A stretch of DNA of 64,000 nucleotides from Eledone cirrhosa (lineage: Eukaryota), in assembly GCA_964016885.1 (NCBI GenBank), contig OZ024762.1, forward strand, positions 7,626,001 through 7,690,000, given 5' to 3'. Below are positions 13,584 through 26,862 of this stretch, piece after piece. The first letter of the stretch is position 1; each line of letters starts with the position of its first letter. The translations under genes were made by a program, and so were the position numbers. The notes under the pieces were generated by a model that made no database searches, was not told the origin of the DNA, and saw nothing but the letters and a program-made list of their open reading frames with translations.

Positions 13584-13685
13584 TATATATGATGTTGGCA
13601 GCATCTATTTGTTAAGTCTGTATATAACACCTGGACTGCTAACGACCTGTCAACTGTCGTCAATCAACCAATCAAACACAGGTAC

Positions 13686-13715
13686 TTATGTGCTTGACAT
13701 CTTCGCTCTGGAAGT
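13686..13715 (-). CDS. ATP6V0B: ATP6V0B terminal coding exon
   Basis: ttttatctgttacag|ACT TCC AGA GCG AAG ATG TCA AGC ACA TAA = TSRAKMSST*, resembling the TSRxKM tail of c'' subunits. Confidence 0.9.
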   Translation of the reverse strand, partial: TSRAKMSST

Positions 13716-16700
13716 CTGTAACAGATAAAAGAAATATTTATATACATATATACAACTTATATACAATATATATACATATATACAACTTATATATAATATT
13801 TATACATATATACAACTTATATATAATATATATACAACTTATATATAATATATATACAACTTATATATAATATATATACATATATACAACTTATATACAA
13901 TATATATACATATTTCTATTCTAAGGCGGGTAAAATTCCCGAGATCCATGGACGAGTTCTCTCCAGCGGTCTCTGTCCCTCATTATCGCTGCCATGTCCT
14001 GCATCTCCAATAGACCAGTGTCTGTCCTTAGGGCATCAACATACGTTAACCTTGGTCTTCCTCTTCTAGTGTGTCCATGAAAAACTCAGAGCTGTATGGG
14101 AGCATCCCAAAAGTCAGCTCAAAAGTGACACTGAGGTTAGCTGGACATGCTCACCGACATCCAGAGTTGACATATATACATATATACAACTTATATATAA
14201 TATATATACAATATATACAACTTATATACAATATATATACAACTTATATACAATATATATACATATATACAACTTATATACAATATATATACAATACTCG
14301 GGTAAACTGCCCCCCCCCCCCTCTCCCCACTCTCTAACAACACCTGGGGTAGAAACAGCCAACACCCAGGGTAGAACCCTCCCCCCCTCTCCAGTAACAC
14401 CCGGGGTAGACACACCCCACCCAAAGTAACACCAGGACAAGGAAGGTAACAACAAAACCAAGCGCTACTCACCTGTAAAATACCAACAATGACACCAAAC
14501 AATCCAATGGCGCTACCGAAAATCTCGACAATGAGAATCTTGACAAACAAACTGGCATCTTGAGCATCAGCAAGGGCTGCCCCTGATCCAACAATACCCA
14601 CACACATACCACAGGCTAGGTTACATAAACCCACTGTTAAACCAGCACCAAACATCATGTAACCTGGATAGAAACAAACAACAAAGAATTGATTCAACCC
14701 TTTTAATATCAAATTGGTCCTAGTTCTGATGCCACCACCATTGCCACACACAAACCACCACCACCAACACCAGCAGCAGACCTACTAGACATCAATCTCT
14801 TCAGTCTTAGAGGCCCTATGAAGGCCAGGGAACTGTTCCTTCCTCAAAACCTACCAGACATCAATCTCTCCAGTCTTAGAGGTCCTATGAAGGCCAGGGA
14901 ACTGTTCCTTCCTCAAGACCTACCAGACACCAATCTCTCCAGTCTTAGAGGTTCTGTTAAGGCCATGGAACTGTTCCTTCCTCCAGACCTACAAGACACC
15001 AATCTCTCCAGTCTTATAGGTCCTATGAAGGCCAGGGAACTGTTCCTTCCTCCAGACCTACTAGACATCAATCTCTCCAGTCTTAGAGGTCCTATGAAGG
15101 CCAGGGAACTGTTCCTTCCTCAAGACCTACAAGACACCAATCTCTCCAGTCTTAGAGGTCCTGTTAAGGCCATGGAACTGTTCCTTCCTCCAGACCTACC
15201 AGACATCGATCTCTCTGGACTTACAGGTTCTGTTAAGGCCATGGGAACAACCCCTTTTCTTCAGATCTACCAGGTAAAACAACAAGAAAAAAAAAGTTAC
15301 CAACCTGACATATAGTTAATCCTTAAAGACTCCTCGCTGACTAAGTCCACATTGAAATCCTAAAACAAAATGCAAAATGTAAAGAATACTAATAAACGTG
15401 CCACTAAGATGAAAGACTAAATATTATTATTATTAGTTGTAGCCCGAGGGCAGTGGATTGGCAGAATCGGTAGAGCATTGAACAAAATGCTTTGCAGTAT
15501 TTAGTTATGGCCCTTTATGATCTGAGTTCAAATCCTGCTGAGCTTACCTTTGTCTTTCATCCTAAAGGGGTTGATAAAATAAAGTACCAGTAATACACTG
15601 GGGTTGATTTAATCAACTTTCCCTTTCCCCAAAATTATTGGCTTTGTGCTTAAATTAGAAACTATTAAGGATTATTTTTATCAATCTAACCCCCCCCCCC
15701 CCTGTTAAGTTATGTTCCAAATAGCAACTTAATGAGAAAATTAGTTTCTTTATTATTATTATTAGAATGTTAAAAGTTAAGGGCCAAAACACTTGTTCGA
15801 GTGCTGTTTCTTCTCTGAAGACTTGCTGTCCAGCTCTCCTAAGAGTTTCTTACCACGAGAGGAAGAATTAATCCAGTACTAGACTGGTACTTTTTTTTTT
15901 ATCACCCTTGAAAAAAGACCCTTTTTAAGTTATGTTCCAAATAGCAACTTAACAATGAGAGAATTTTCTTTATTATTTTCCATAGTTTTGGGAAACTCTA
16001 GGCTGTGAAAGGGTCAAAGAATAAGCAAAAAGAAGTTTGTGGTTAACCCTTTAGTATTTACATTACTCTATATATACTATTATATTTTAGAGGTAAAGTC
16101 TTTACCTCACACATTTACATTGCTCTAAATATACTATTATATTTTCACAGTAAAGGCTTTACCTCACATAATATCTCATAACATTTACATTACTCTATAT
16201 ATACTATTATATTTTAGAGGTAAAGTCTTTACCTCACACATTTACATTGCTCTAAATATACTATTATATTTTCACAGTAAAGGCTTTACCTCACATAATA
16301 TCTCATAACATTTACATTACACTATATTTACTATTATATTTTCATGGTAAAGGATTTACCTCACACAACATTTACATTGCTCTAAATATACTATTATATT
16401 TTCACAGTAAAGGCTTTACCTCACATAATATCTCATAACATTTACATTACACTATATTTACTATTATATTTTCATGGTAAAGGCTTTAGCTCACACAACA
16501 TTTACATTGCTCTAAATATACTATTATATTTTCACAGTAAAGGCTTTACCTCACATAATATCTCATAACATTTACATTACACTATATTTACTATTATATT
16601 TTCATGGTAAAGGCTTTACCTCACACAACATTTACATTACTCTAAATATACTATTATATTTTCACAGTAAAGGCTTTACCTCACATAATATCTCATAACA

Positions 16701-19700
16701 TTTACATTACTCTATATATACTATTATATTTTCATGGTAAAGGCTTTACCTCACATAACATTTACATTACACTATATTTACTATTATATTTTCATGGTAA
16801 AGGCTTTACCTCGCATAACATTTACATTACTCTATATATACTATTATATTTTCATGGTAAAGGCTTTACCTCACATAACATTTACATTACTCTATATATA
16901 CTATTGTATTTTCATGGCAAAGGCTTTACCTCACATAATATCTCACATAGTATCAAATCTATGAGATTTCGATATTATTCATTTTGAGAACAATACCTTA
17001 ACATCAGTATGAGTGGATAGTTGCAGCTGGTTTGAACAGAAAGAGGTGAGAGTATTCTGGCCAGATACGGTCGGTTTAACTGCTAAAGGGTTAAAGAGTG
17101 TAATAGAATCTTACATTAGCCTGGTTACCAATCACAATAGCCATGATGATGCCGTAAATTGCCACAGCTTCACAGAAAATGATGCTGATCAGATTTTTGG
17201 TACGGATTCTTGGAGCTTTGACACCGGCACCAAGAATACTGGAACCTGTCGTATATATTCCCCTGGAAAATTAAACAGAAATATGCATTAAAAATCAAAA
17301 CATCTTGGGGGATTGTTTGCGGGTTTAAGGTCAAGAGTATATGGGAGAGGAAGGACCAAGGCCTGTTACGTAATAGGGTTGTAGTCGCTGTACGTAATAA
17401 TCACTCTGATCGATCTACAAGATCCTAGACCTCATTCATTTGCCGCGTGGAGTGGACCTCGGCAAATCGGACAAAAGAAACAATGTTTCCATTGCTGATA
17501 AACTATCTACCGATTGCAACTCCTAGTAGAGGGAACAATATGAAATAAAGTGTCTTGCTCAAGGATATAATTCATCACTCGGTCCGGGAATTGAACTTGC
17601 TACCTCACGATTCTAAGCACTAAGCCATGCGTAATATGTCTTAGTTCTAATATAGATATTTAGTTCATGATAGACTTTGTTTTTACAAATATATTTTACA
17701 AGTTTGGAATGTGATGGTCTTGTAGGGGTGGGGTACAGTCAGGTAAGTTGGTTGGTGGGAGCAGGAACAGCCTGGTGAGGGTGGGGAACAGTTTGGTGGG
17801 TGGGTGGGTAGGTGGGAATAGGGGACTGTATGGTGTGTGGGTGTGATGGATAGTCTTGTAGGAGTGGAGAACAGTCTGGTAAATGGGTGGAAGTGGGGTA
17901 GAGTCTGGTGAGAGTGGGGTAGAATCCAGTGGATGGGGATAGTCTGAAGGGACAGTAGGGGACAGTTTAGAAGAGTTCACTTACCAAGCAGCTCCAACTA
18001 CAGACAAAGATATTGCCAGACCAATGCCGACCATACACCACATGAAAGGAGAAGATTCTGAAAGAAGCCTGAAAAGAGAAGAACAGTAAACATATTATAT
18101 TTGTAGTGAATGGTTAGGGGCAACCAGGTGGTGGTAGTGTGTGTGTGCAGTGGTGGTGTGTGTGTGTGTGCAGTGGTGGTGTGTGTGTGTGTGCAGTGGT
18201 GGTGTGTGTGTGTGCAGTGGTGCTGATGTAATGTTCTCCCGATATTATAATCAGTTCATGGTATTAACCCTTTAGTATTTACATTAGTCTATATATATTA
18301 TTGTATTTTTATGGTAAAAGCTTTATCTCCCATAATATCAAATCTATGAGATTTTGATATTATTCATTTTGAGAACAATACCTTAACATCAGTATGAGTA
18401 GCCAGTTACGACCGGTTTGAACAGAAAAAGGTGAGAATTCGGCGTGGCGTGGCGTGGCATGGCGTAGCGTAGTGTAGTGTGTTGTGTTGTGGTGTAGTGT
18501 GCTGTGGTGTAGTGTAGTGTAGTGTATAGTGAGGTGTAGTGTGGTGTAGTGTATAGTGAGGTGTAGTGTGGTGTGGTGTAGTGTGGTGTAGTATAGTGTG
18601 GTGTAGTATAGTGTGGTGTAGTATAGTGTGGTGTAGTATAGTGTAGTGTAGTGTGGTGTAGTGTAGTATAGTGTAGTGTGGTGTAATATAGTGTGGTGTG
18701 GTGTAGTGTGGTATAGTATAGTGTGGTGTAGTATAGTGTGGTGTAGTATAGTGTGGTGTAGTATGGTGTAGTGTAGTATGGTGTAGTGTAGTGTGGTGTA
18801 GTGTAGTGTAGTGTGGTGTAGTATAGTGTGGTGTAGTGTGGTGTAGTGTAGTATAGTGTGGTGTAGTGTGGTGTAGTATAGTGTGGTGTAGTATAGTGTG
18901 GTGTAGTATAGTGTGGTGTAGTGTAGTGTCGTGTAGTGTGGTGTAGTGTAGTAGATTGAGATGTCTGTTGCCAGCTAGCTCTCCACATATGAAGCATGTT
19001 GAAACCTGAGTCTCGTAGCTTTGCTGCGTCACATCAAGAGATGTTGACAGTGCCAAGCTGTGCTGCAGAAGACGTGTCCAACCCATGTAAAAAAGGTAGA
19101 GCAGATACAGAAATGATGCTAATGAAAAACACACACATATATATACACATACATCCACACACACTTACATCCACACACACGCATATACACATACATCCAC
19201 ACACACATATATACACATACATGCACACACATCCACACACACACACACATACATCCACACACACACATATATATATATATACATATATACTTACCATGCT
19301 ATAGAAACACGTTCTCCTTGACCAGAAAGACAATAATACAAACCTAAACAAAAGAAAAAGAATATTAAAATTTAGACACATTTTGGTTCCAGCAGCATGT
19401 AATCTGGGAGGGTCACACTGGCTGTATGTAATCTGGGAGGGTCACACTGGCTGTATGTGATCTGGGAGGGTCACACTGGCTGTATGTAATCTGGGAGGGT
19501 CACACTGGCTGTATGTAATCTGGGAGGGTCACACTGGCTGTATGTAATCTGGGAGGGTCACACTGGCTGTATGTAATCTGGGAGGGTCACACTGGCTGTA
19601 TGTAATCTGGGAGGGTCGCACTGGCTGTATGTAATCTGGGAGGGTCGCACTGGCTGTATGTAATCTGGGAGGGTCGCACTGGCTGTATGTAATCTGGGAG

Positions 19701-21110
19701 GGTCTCACTGGCTGTATGTAATCAGGGAGGGTCACACTGGCTGTATGTAATCTGGGAGGGTCGCACTGGCTGTATGTAATCTGGTAGGGTCACACTGGCT
19801 GTATGTAATCTGGGAGGGTCACACTGGCTGTATGTAATCTGGGAGGGTCACACTGGCTGTATGTAATCTGGGAGGGTCACACTGGCTGTATGTAATCTGG
19901 GAGGGTCACACTGGCTGTATGTAATCTGGTAGGGTCACACTGGCTGTATGTAATCTGGGAAGGTCGCACTGGCTGTATGTGATCTGGTAGGGTCACACTG
20001 GCTGTATGTAATCTGGGAGGGTCGCACTGGCTGTATGTGATCTGGTAGGGTCATGTAGAGCTCCTGCTATTTCAACAGCTAGTTTCAGACTTAACCCATT
20101 ACCATTTACATTACTCTATATATACTATTGTATTTTCACAGTAAAGGCTTTACCTCACATATCGAATCTATGTGATTTTGATATTTATTTTGAGAACAAT
20201 ACCTTAACATCAGTATGAGTGGCCAGTTACAGCCAGTTTGAATAGAAAGAGGTGAGAGAATTCTGGCCAGATACAGGCGGTCTAAATGCTAAAGGGTTAA
20301 CTAACTGTTTCGTCAGGGGCATGGCTTGATCTAACTAGTTTGAAACTGGTTCAATCCTGATATATATATATATATATCATCATAGTTTAACATCCATCTT
20401 CCACGCTAGCATGGGTTAGACGGTTTTGTTCCATTTGATGCGGGGTTGGTTGGGAGACCGTTTCTTGATCGTACGGAAGTGTTTCTGGCAGGTTTTTTTA
20501 TGGCTGGATGCCCTTCCTAACACCAAACACTTTTACAGTGCAGACTGGGGGCCTTTTTACCACATCTCCTACATGACCACTTTACAGTGCAGACTGGGGG
20601 CCTTTTTACCATGTCTCCTACATGACCACTTTACAGTGCAGACTGGGGGCCTTTTTACCATGTCTCCTACATGACCACTTTACAGTGCAGACCGGGGGCC
20701 TTTTTACCGTGTCTCCTACATGACCACTTTACAGTGCAGACTGGGGGCCTTTTTACCATGTCTCCTACATGACCACTTTACAGTGCAGACCGGGGGCCTT
20801 TTTACCGTGTCTCCTACATGACCACTTTTCAGTGTGGACTGGGTGCTTTTTGTTGTGTCACCGACACAGTGGACGGAAATGGGAGGATGGGGTAGTGGGG
20901 TGGGTGTATATTGGGTTCAGAGGTGCCCACCGACTGTAGGTTTGTATGCAAGGGAAGGCAGGTCTTCTGTACAACTGCATGGGGCCAAAGATCTCGATCC
21001 AGTGACATTGTCTTAGAGAGGTGTAAGTGAGCAAGGTCAGTTTTTATCACCATGACCCAGGGTTTTTTGGTCTACTCACTATATATATATACATATATAC
21101 TGTATATATA

Positions 21111-21153
<43 letters not shown>

Positions 21154-24100
21154 CATATATATATATATGTGTGTGTGTGTGTCTATTGACTAATGGAATG
21201 CCATATAAACCCAACTACAGCTGTTGAGAGCTACATTAACATGCACAATGAAGAGCTACACAAACAGATATAATCAAATATTAGTTATATTCTTTAAATG
21301 GACAATTTAAATCTACAAAGGGAGCAGGACAAAACAACTTAGGATAAGATGGAAAACTAGAATGTTGTGTAGTGGTATGTGGTGGTGGTGGTTGGTGGTG
21401 TGTGGTGGTGGTGGTGGTGTGTGGTGGTGCATGTGGTGGTGTGTGGTGGTGCGTGTGGTGGCAGTTGGTGGTGGTTGGTGGTGTGTGGTTGTGATGGTGG
21501 TGGTGGTTGGTGGTGCGTGTGGTGGTGGTGGTGGTGGTGGTGCATGTTGGTGGTGTGTGGTTGTGGTGGTGGTGGTGGTGGTTGGTCGTGCGTGTGGTGG
21601 TGGTGGTTGGTGGTGTGTGGTGGCGGTGTGTGTGTGGTGTGTGGAGGTGGTATGGGTTTATGTGGTGGTGTGTGGTGGCGGTATGGGTTTATGTGGTGGT
21701 GTGTGAGAGAGATTATCAATGGAACAGCTGCCATTATTGTGTTGTCCTTGTTATTGAACACCAGCTCAGTCCTGGTCCAAGACATTCCAGTTATGACCAC
21801 TACAGAAAGGTGTGTGTGTTGGGGGGGGGGGGTGTAATAAGGGTCACCCAGCCATAGAAACGGCTAGAAGAACTCTTTATTTGTTGCAAGGACAAGACAT
21901 CCCTAGTCTTGGTGCCTTGATAAAATGCACCCAGTTCACTCTGTAATGTGGTTGGCATTAGGAAAGACACCCAGTTCACTCTGCAAAGTAGTTGGCGTTA
22001 GGAAAGGCACCCAGTTCACTCTGCAAAGTAGTTGGCGTTAGGAAAGGCACCCAGTACACTCTAAAGTGGTTGGCGTTAGGAAAGGCACCCAGTACACTCT
22101 AAAGTGGTTGGCGTTAGAAAAAATAAAAACATTCTACGGTAGAAACAATGCTAAAACTAGCTCCGATTATGTACTAACTTGGTCCATAAAGATCCGTCCA
22201 ACCCATGCTAGCATGGAAAGTGGATGTAAAACGATGATGATAATGGTTTGCTATAGATTAGGTTGCTATTTCTAGCATGTGGTATTTGTCCTGACTCTCT
22301 GCATTCAGATGAGATATTTTCGTTTTTCTATTTTTGAAGGGTCTTTGGAGTCAGGTTACTCGATAAAGTGTGTAGCTTGAAGATCATAGAGTCACTCCAG
22401 GTAGGGGTGCTACTTCTCCAAACTGAGACACAGCTCCGATACTATGGACATGTGGTTAGAATGTCTCAGGAAAGAATCTCTGAACTCAGAGATCACAGCT
22501 CTGATACTATGGACAGGTGGTTAGAATGTCTCAGGAAAGAATCTCTGAACTGAGAGATCACAGCTCCGATACTATGGACAGGTGGTTAGAATGTCTCAGG
22601 AAAGAATCTCCGAACTGAGAGATCATAGCTCCGATACTATAGACATGTGGTTAGAATGTCTCAGGAAAACAAAAAAAAAAAAAAAAAAAAAAATCGCTGG
22701 ACTGATTTTACTGGCAGGAGACCCAGGGGTAGACCTCCCAAGCAAGATGGTTGGATAACATCCATGAGCTTGGCTGGCCTCACTTGGGGATCCAGCCAGA
22801 TCAGCTGACAGGACCTGCTGAAAGGAGTGTTTGGGGGCTCTGCTCCCACGACCCTCTCAGGAATAAGTGGGAGAAGATGAAGAGAAGAATATATTTTCTA
22901 GCTCTTCTTACGTGATGGATCCCGAAAAAATGTCAAATATATAACTGGTACTTTTGAAATAAATCTATGTAGGTTAGAATTTGAACTTTGTTAAAAAAAA
23001 AATCACTCGTCGACCGTTTGAGGTCAAATCTTCGAAACTAATGACATGAAACGAAAAAAAAAAAAAAAAAAAAAAATTATAAAAATAGTTGACTTATTTC
23101 TTAAAAACCTTTTTAAATGAAAATTTTTAAAGGAAAGGTTTTCATATGTAGATTAAAATTAAGTTACTGAAATAACATTATATAATATAAATAACTTTAT
23201 AAAATACATATATATTATCTTGATTAATATTATTAATTAGCAATATAAAATTATAAGGCATGATTAACAAGTTTACGAGTTTATGTTTAGGCTACTACAA
23301 AGACGACACAAACAGAAAGTTTTCAGAACGGAACGTTATAAAATAATTAGAGGTAAGAAGGAACCCCCCAGGAGAGTTGAACAGGAGGTCTTCAGAAAAA
23401 AAAACAAAAAACCATCAAGTGAGTATTTCGGCCCTTAATTATATAAAGAAAAACAACTAAATTAATGGGTCTTTTTAATTCCATCAACATATACGTAATC
23501 TACACCAGAAACGAAATATATATTATTAAGAGAGTTATGAAGAAACAGGCTGGGTTTGTAGTTACGCTAAATTTGTATACATACATTGGTCTCTCTCCCC
23601 CTCTCTCTCTATATATATATACTGTATATATAATTGTCTATCAATTTATGTATATTTAATTGTTTTTCTATTTACCCACCTATCTATCTATCTATCTATC
23701 TAGGAAAAGAATTGATTCCATTCTTTAAGTATCACTTTAGAAGGAGAATCAGGGTGGAGAGAGAGGCACTGCACCCCAGTAAATTTACTGAAAGGTGGGT
23801 GAATGAAGCGAAAATGGCCCGAGTGATTGGGCCTTCTCTGTTTATAAGCCTGTAGGTTGAGGAAGAGAGCAAAAGGAAGAAAGGAGCACTTGCACAACAC
23901 GCTCCTTGAGTTGAGGGTTGTTCTATCGACGGGGTATTAAACAACCCATTTGTGGCGCCTCCCCCCTATTGGGGATTTCGATTGTTGAAATTGTTTGTTT
24001 TTATATTTTTTACACGACTGTATGTAAAATCCCCGGCATGTCTTTGTATTGTCCCCTTTCTTGTTGCGCCCTTGTGGCTAATAAAGAAATCTATCTATCT

Positions 24101-24741
24101 AGGAAAAGAGTCAGGACCCCGACGGGTGAGCTCCAGCCGTTTCGACAGCTATCTATAAACATCACATATCTATCTATCACCTACTTCTCTAAATCTCTCT
24201 CTCTCTACCCTAAATAAGATTATTTACTAATATATTCCATCTAGTTTTCTATGTAACCTTCGTGTCTACCATTCTCATCTACTGATCCTGTCAGCAAGAA
24301 GACCCTAAACCTAAGCCTGACCCCTTCTCATCTACCGATCCTGACACCAAGAAGACCCTAAACCTAAGCCTGACCCCTTCACATCTACCGATCCTGTCAC
24401 CAAGAAGACCCTAAACCTAAGCCTGACCCCTTCACATCTACCGATCCTGTCACCAAGAAGACCCTAAACCTAAGCCTGACCCCTTATCTACCGTGACCCC
24501 TCTACGTGGTCGTACGACTTGCCAGAAAAAACAACACAGCAGCTAAATTCCCCTCAAATCACACCCTACAGCTAAACAAAACAAAACTGAAAAGGTAGAA
24601 CGGTACATTGAATAATGTATGCTAAGATACACTATGACTTTCTCATTATTAAGCTGGTATTTGGAGCGTAACTTAAGAACGGTTCTTACATAAAATTATG
24701 ATGGAAGGTTTTATATATATATATATAGGAACAAGTAGGAC

Positions 24742-24835
<94 letters not shown>

Positions 24836-26288
24836 AATGATATTAAATAAATGGAAACTATATTTATAAAACCATATTTATTCTATCATTATATAGTCCA
24901 GAATTAGCCGTCGAATTATCCACTCTACTACCCTAAGTATTGAGTACTTTGGTGCGTTATGGTCCATCTGGTTCCTTACCACATTTCCTTCGTTATATAT
25001 ATATATATATAGTAATGATAAATGTGAAGACTAAAATCCGAAGAGGGCTAGATAAGGATTATATATATGAAATATATATAAACCCGTAGAGTTTCAGAAG
25101 ATTCCGTTAAGGGCGAAAGCAGCGATTCTTTGCTTAAATTTTAGTCTGTTATATATATGTTAACGAAAGGGTTAAAGTGTTTATATATATATATATAATG
25201 ATAGAATAAATATGGTTTTATAAATATAGTTTCCATTTATTTTGCTGGCCTTGTGCCTAAAGTAGAAACAATTATATATATATATATAAACACTTTAACC
25301 CTTTCGTTAACATATTTCTAAGGAAAGACATTGTCTATAATTTATAAATATTTAAAAAATAATTAAGAATTTGTGAGGGATATGGTATCATAGCTAACAT
25401 TCTAATTAATAGTTTTGTATGGTAGAACCAAGAATAATTAGGGGGTGGTTTGGTATTTTTTTAAAAAGGGGGTTAAAATCTAAATAAACACACACGACAC
25501 ACATATTCAGCAACAAGAGGGGAGAAAGAGAGAGTCTTCGCCCACATATTCCTGAGAGCATCATGGGAAGCAGAGTCCTTAAACACTCCTTCCAGTAGGT
25601 CCTGTCAGAAGCAACCATTTCCAATTGATCAGACTGGATCCCTAAATGTGTTCGTTAACATATTTCTAACAAAAGACACTGTCTATGATTTATAAATAAT
25701 TTTGAAAATAATTAAGAATTTATGAGCGATTTGGTAACATAATTAACATTTTAATTAACAGTTTTGTATGGTAAAACCAGGAATAATTAGGGGGTGGTTT
25801 GGTATTTAAAAAAGGGGGTTAAAATTTAAATAAAAACACATATTCGGGATTTAGGACAAATGAGGCTCTGTGCTAGATAAGTTATGAGGCACCAAACATT
25901 TGAAAAATTCATCATAAATCATTTTTTTGGCAGGAAGATGAGGGCACCCCTCCTAGCCAACGGGGCCCTGTGCTTAAGGACACCCAAGCACAATGGTAAA
26001 TTCGATTCTGACAACACATATTCAGCAACAGGAGGGAAAAAGAGAGTCAAAGACAGTGAGTAAGAGAGAGGGAGAAATAGGATGGAGCAAAATTAATATA
26101 TTGTTATATTTGGGAAGGGTAATGTTGTTATAATATTGCAAGAAATATATAATTGTTTCTACTTTTGGCACAAGGGCAGCAATGACTCCAGTGCATTACT
26201 GGTACTTTATTTTATTTTATCGACCCCGTAAGGATGAAAGGCAAAGCTAACCTCGGCGTGATTTGAACTCAGATATCAAATGGAGTTA

Positions 26289-26322
<34 letters not shown>

Positions 26323-26862
26323 CAGTGAAATTCCGTTATAACGAAATTCATGGGGTATAAAGAAATTCGTTGTAACGAAAATTCTTTATAACGAGATCGA
26401 CCTAACACATTGAGTGGTGTGACAGACGATTGAAAAAAATGTTGTTATACTGAAAAGTTCGTTAATGGTATTCGTTACAACGGAACTTTACCTGTATATA
26501 ATAAAACACACTCACTGTTTTATTATATACATACAAACATACATATATATACACCTGAGCACTGTACACAATAATTTCATTATTATTATATACACAGTAT
26601 ATATATATATATATATATAGAATCTCGTTTTGTATTTTGATAACAACATGACCCTCCCCAAATATAACAATATTTGTTTCAACACACGATTTCATATCAA
26701 CATCTTAGCAAAACAAATTCATCGCCATCACAGCACAAAATTAAAAATATTTAATATAAGATACTTACAGACCATTATTAGTATTGATATACCAATACTA
26801 GCAAGAACATTATATATAACGCCATAACTATAAGACACTGTCTTCTTTGATGATCGATCCAT
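13686..26862 (-). CDS. ATP6V0B: V-type proton ATPase 21 kDa proteolipid subunit c'' (Vma16 orthologue); complete spliced CDS, 7 coding exons, 216 aa
   Basis: Exons 26862-26769, 19343-19295, 18068-17985, 17262-17115, 15359-15305, 14663-14473, 13715-13686 (94+49+84+148+55+191+30=651 nt). All introns are GT-AG with consistent phases. Translation [58 protein letters not shown]...[23 protein letters not shown]...[35 protein letters not shown] includes both conserved membrane Glu motifs. Confidence 0.96.
14473..14663 (-). CDS. ATP6V0B: ATP6V0B coding exon 6
   Basis: [63 protein letters not shown], visible in ORF 14191..14751; tatccag acceptor, gtgagt donor. Confidence 0.97.
14779..15245. repeat. 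69-bp minisatellite (about 6.7 copies) in an ATP6V0B intron
   Basis: 23-aa periodicity in ORF 14818..15315. Confidence 0.9.
15305..15359 (-). CDS. ATP6V0B: ATP6V0B coding exon 5
   Basis: ttttag acceptor; [19 protein letters not shown]; gttggt donor; phases 0 and 1 fit both neighbours. Confidence 0.88.
16043..17094. mobile_element. piggyBac-type MITE with internal tandem expansion
   Basis: TTAA|CCCTTTAG...CTAAAGGG|TTAA termini; internal 55-70-bp repeats. Unexpanded copy at 20091-20300; partial copies near 18264-18440, 31825-32250, 33357-33700. Confidence 0.8.
17115..17262 (-). CDS. ATP6V0B: ATP6V0B coding exon 4
   Basis: [49 protein letters not shown]; ttttccag acceptor, gtaaga donor. Confidence 0.97.
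17985..18068 (-). CDS. ATP6V0B: ATP6V0B coding exon 3
   Basis: ttttcag acceptor, gtaagt donor; [28 protein letters not shown]. Confidence 0.95.
19295..19343 (-). CDS. ATP6V0B: ATP6V0B coding exon 2
   Basis: tttag|GT TTG TAT TAT...GCA TG|gtaagt; [16 protein letters not shown]. Confidence 0.9.
19397..20052. repeat. 29-bp minisatellite (about 22 copies)
   Basis: atgtaatctgggagggtcacactggctgt. Confidence 0.95.
20091..20300. mobile_element. piggyBac-type MITE (about 200 bp)
   Basis: TTAA CCC...AAAGGG TTAA; same family as 16043-17094. Confidence 0.75.
20528..20845. repeat. 49-bp minisatellite (about 6 copies) within a SINE tail
   Basis: cactttacagtgcagactgggggcctttttaccatgtctcctacatgac. Confidence 0.9.
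22425..22885 (+). mobile_element. RTE-like LINE 3' fragment with an internal 65-bp tandem (about 3.6 copies)
   Basis: [15 protein letters not shown] repeated, followed by an RRPRGRP..W.D-like segment. Confidence 0.7.
24279..24493. repeat. 53-bp minisatellite (about 4 copies)
   Basis: ctaccgatcctgtcaccaagaagaccctaaacctaagcctgaccccttcacat. Confidence 0.9.
26322..26496. mobile_element. Tc1/mariner-pogo-type MITE
   Basis: TA CAGTGAAATTCCGTTATAACGAA...TTCGTTACAACGGAACTTTACCTG TA; two shorter tandem copies at about 38796-38893 and 38931-39033. Confidence 0.75.
26769..26862 (-). CDS. ATP6V0B: ATP6V0B coding exon 1
   Basis: ATG at 26862; [31 protein letters not shown] (hydrophobic N-terminal helix); donor GTAAGT; phase 1 fits the next exon. 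Confidence 0.85.

Noticed and set aside
14818-15315. 165-aa repeat protein with 23-aa units
   Set aside because: Antisense translation of a 69-bp intronic minisatellite.
22905-23050. Alternative first exon of ATP6V0B (minus-strand GTAAGA donor near 22911)
   Set aside because: No c''-like coding sequence; the coding first exon is better explained by 26862-26769. A non-coding alternative cannot be excluded.
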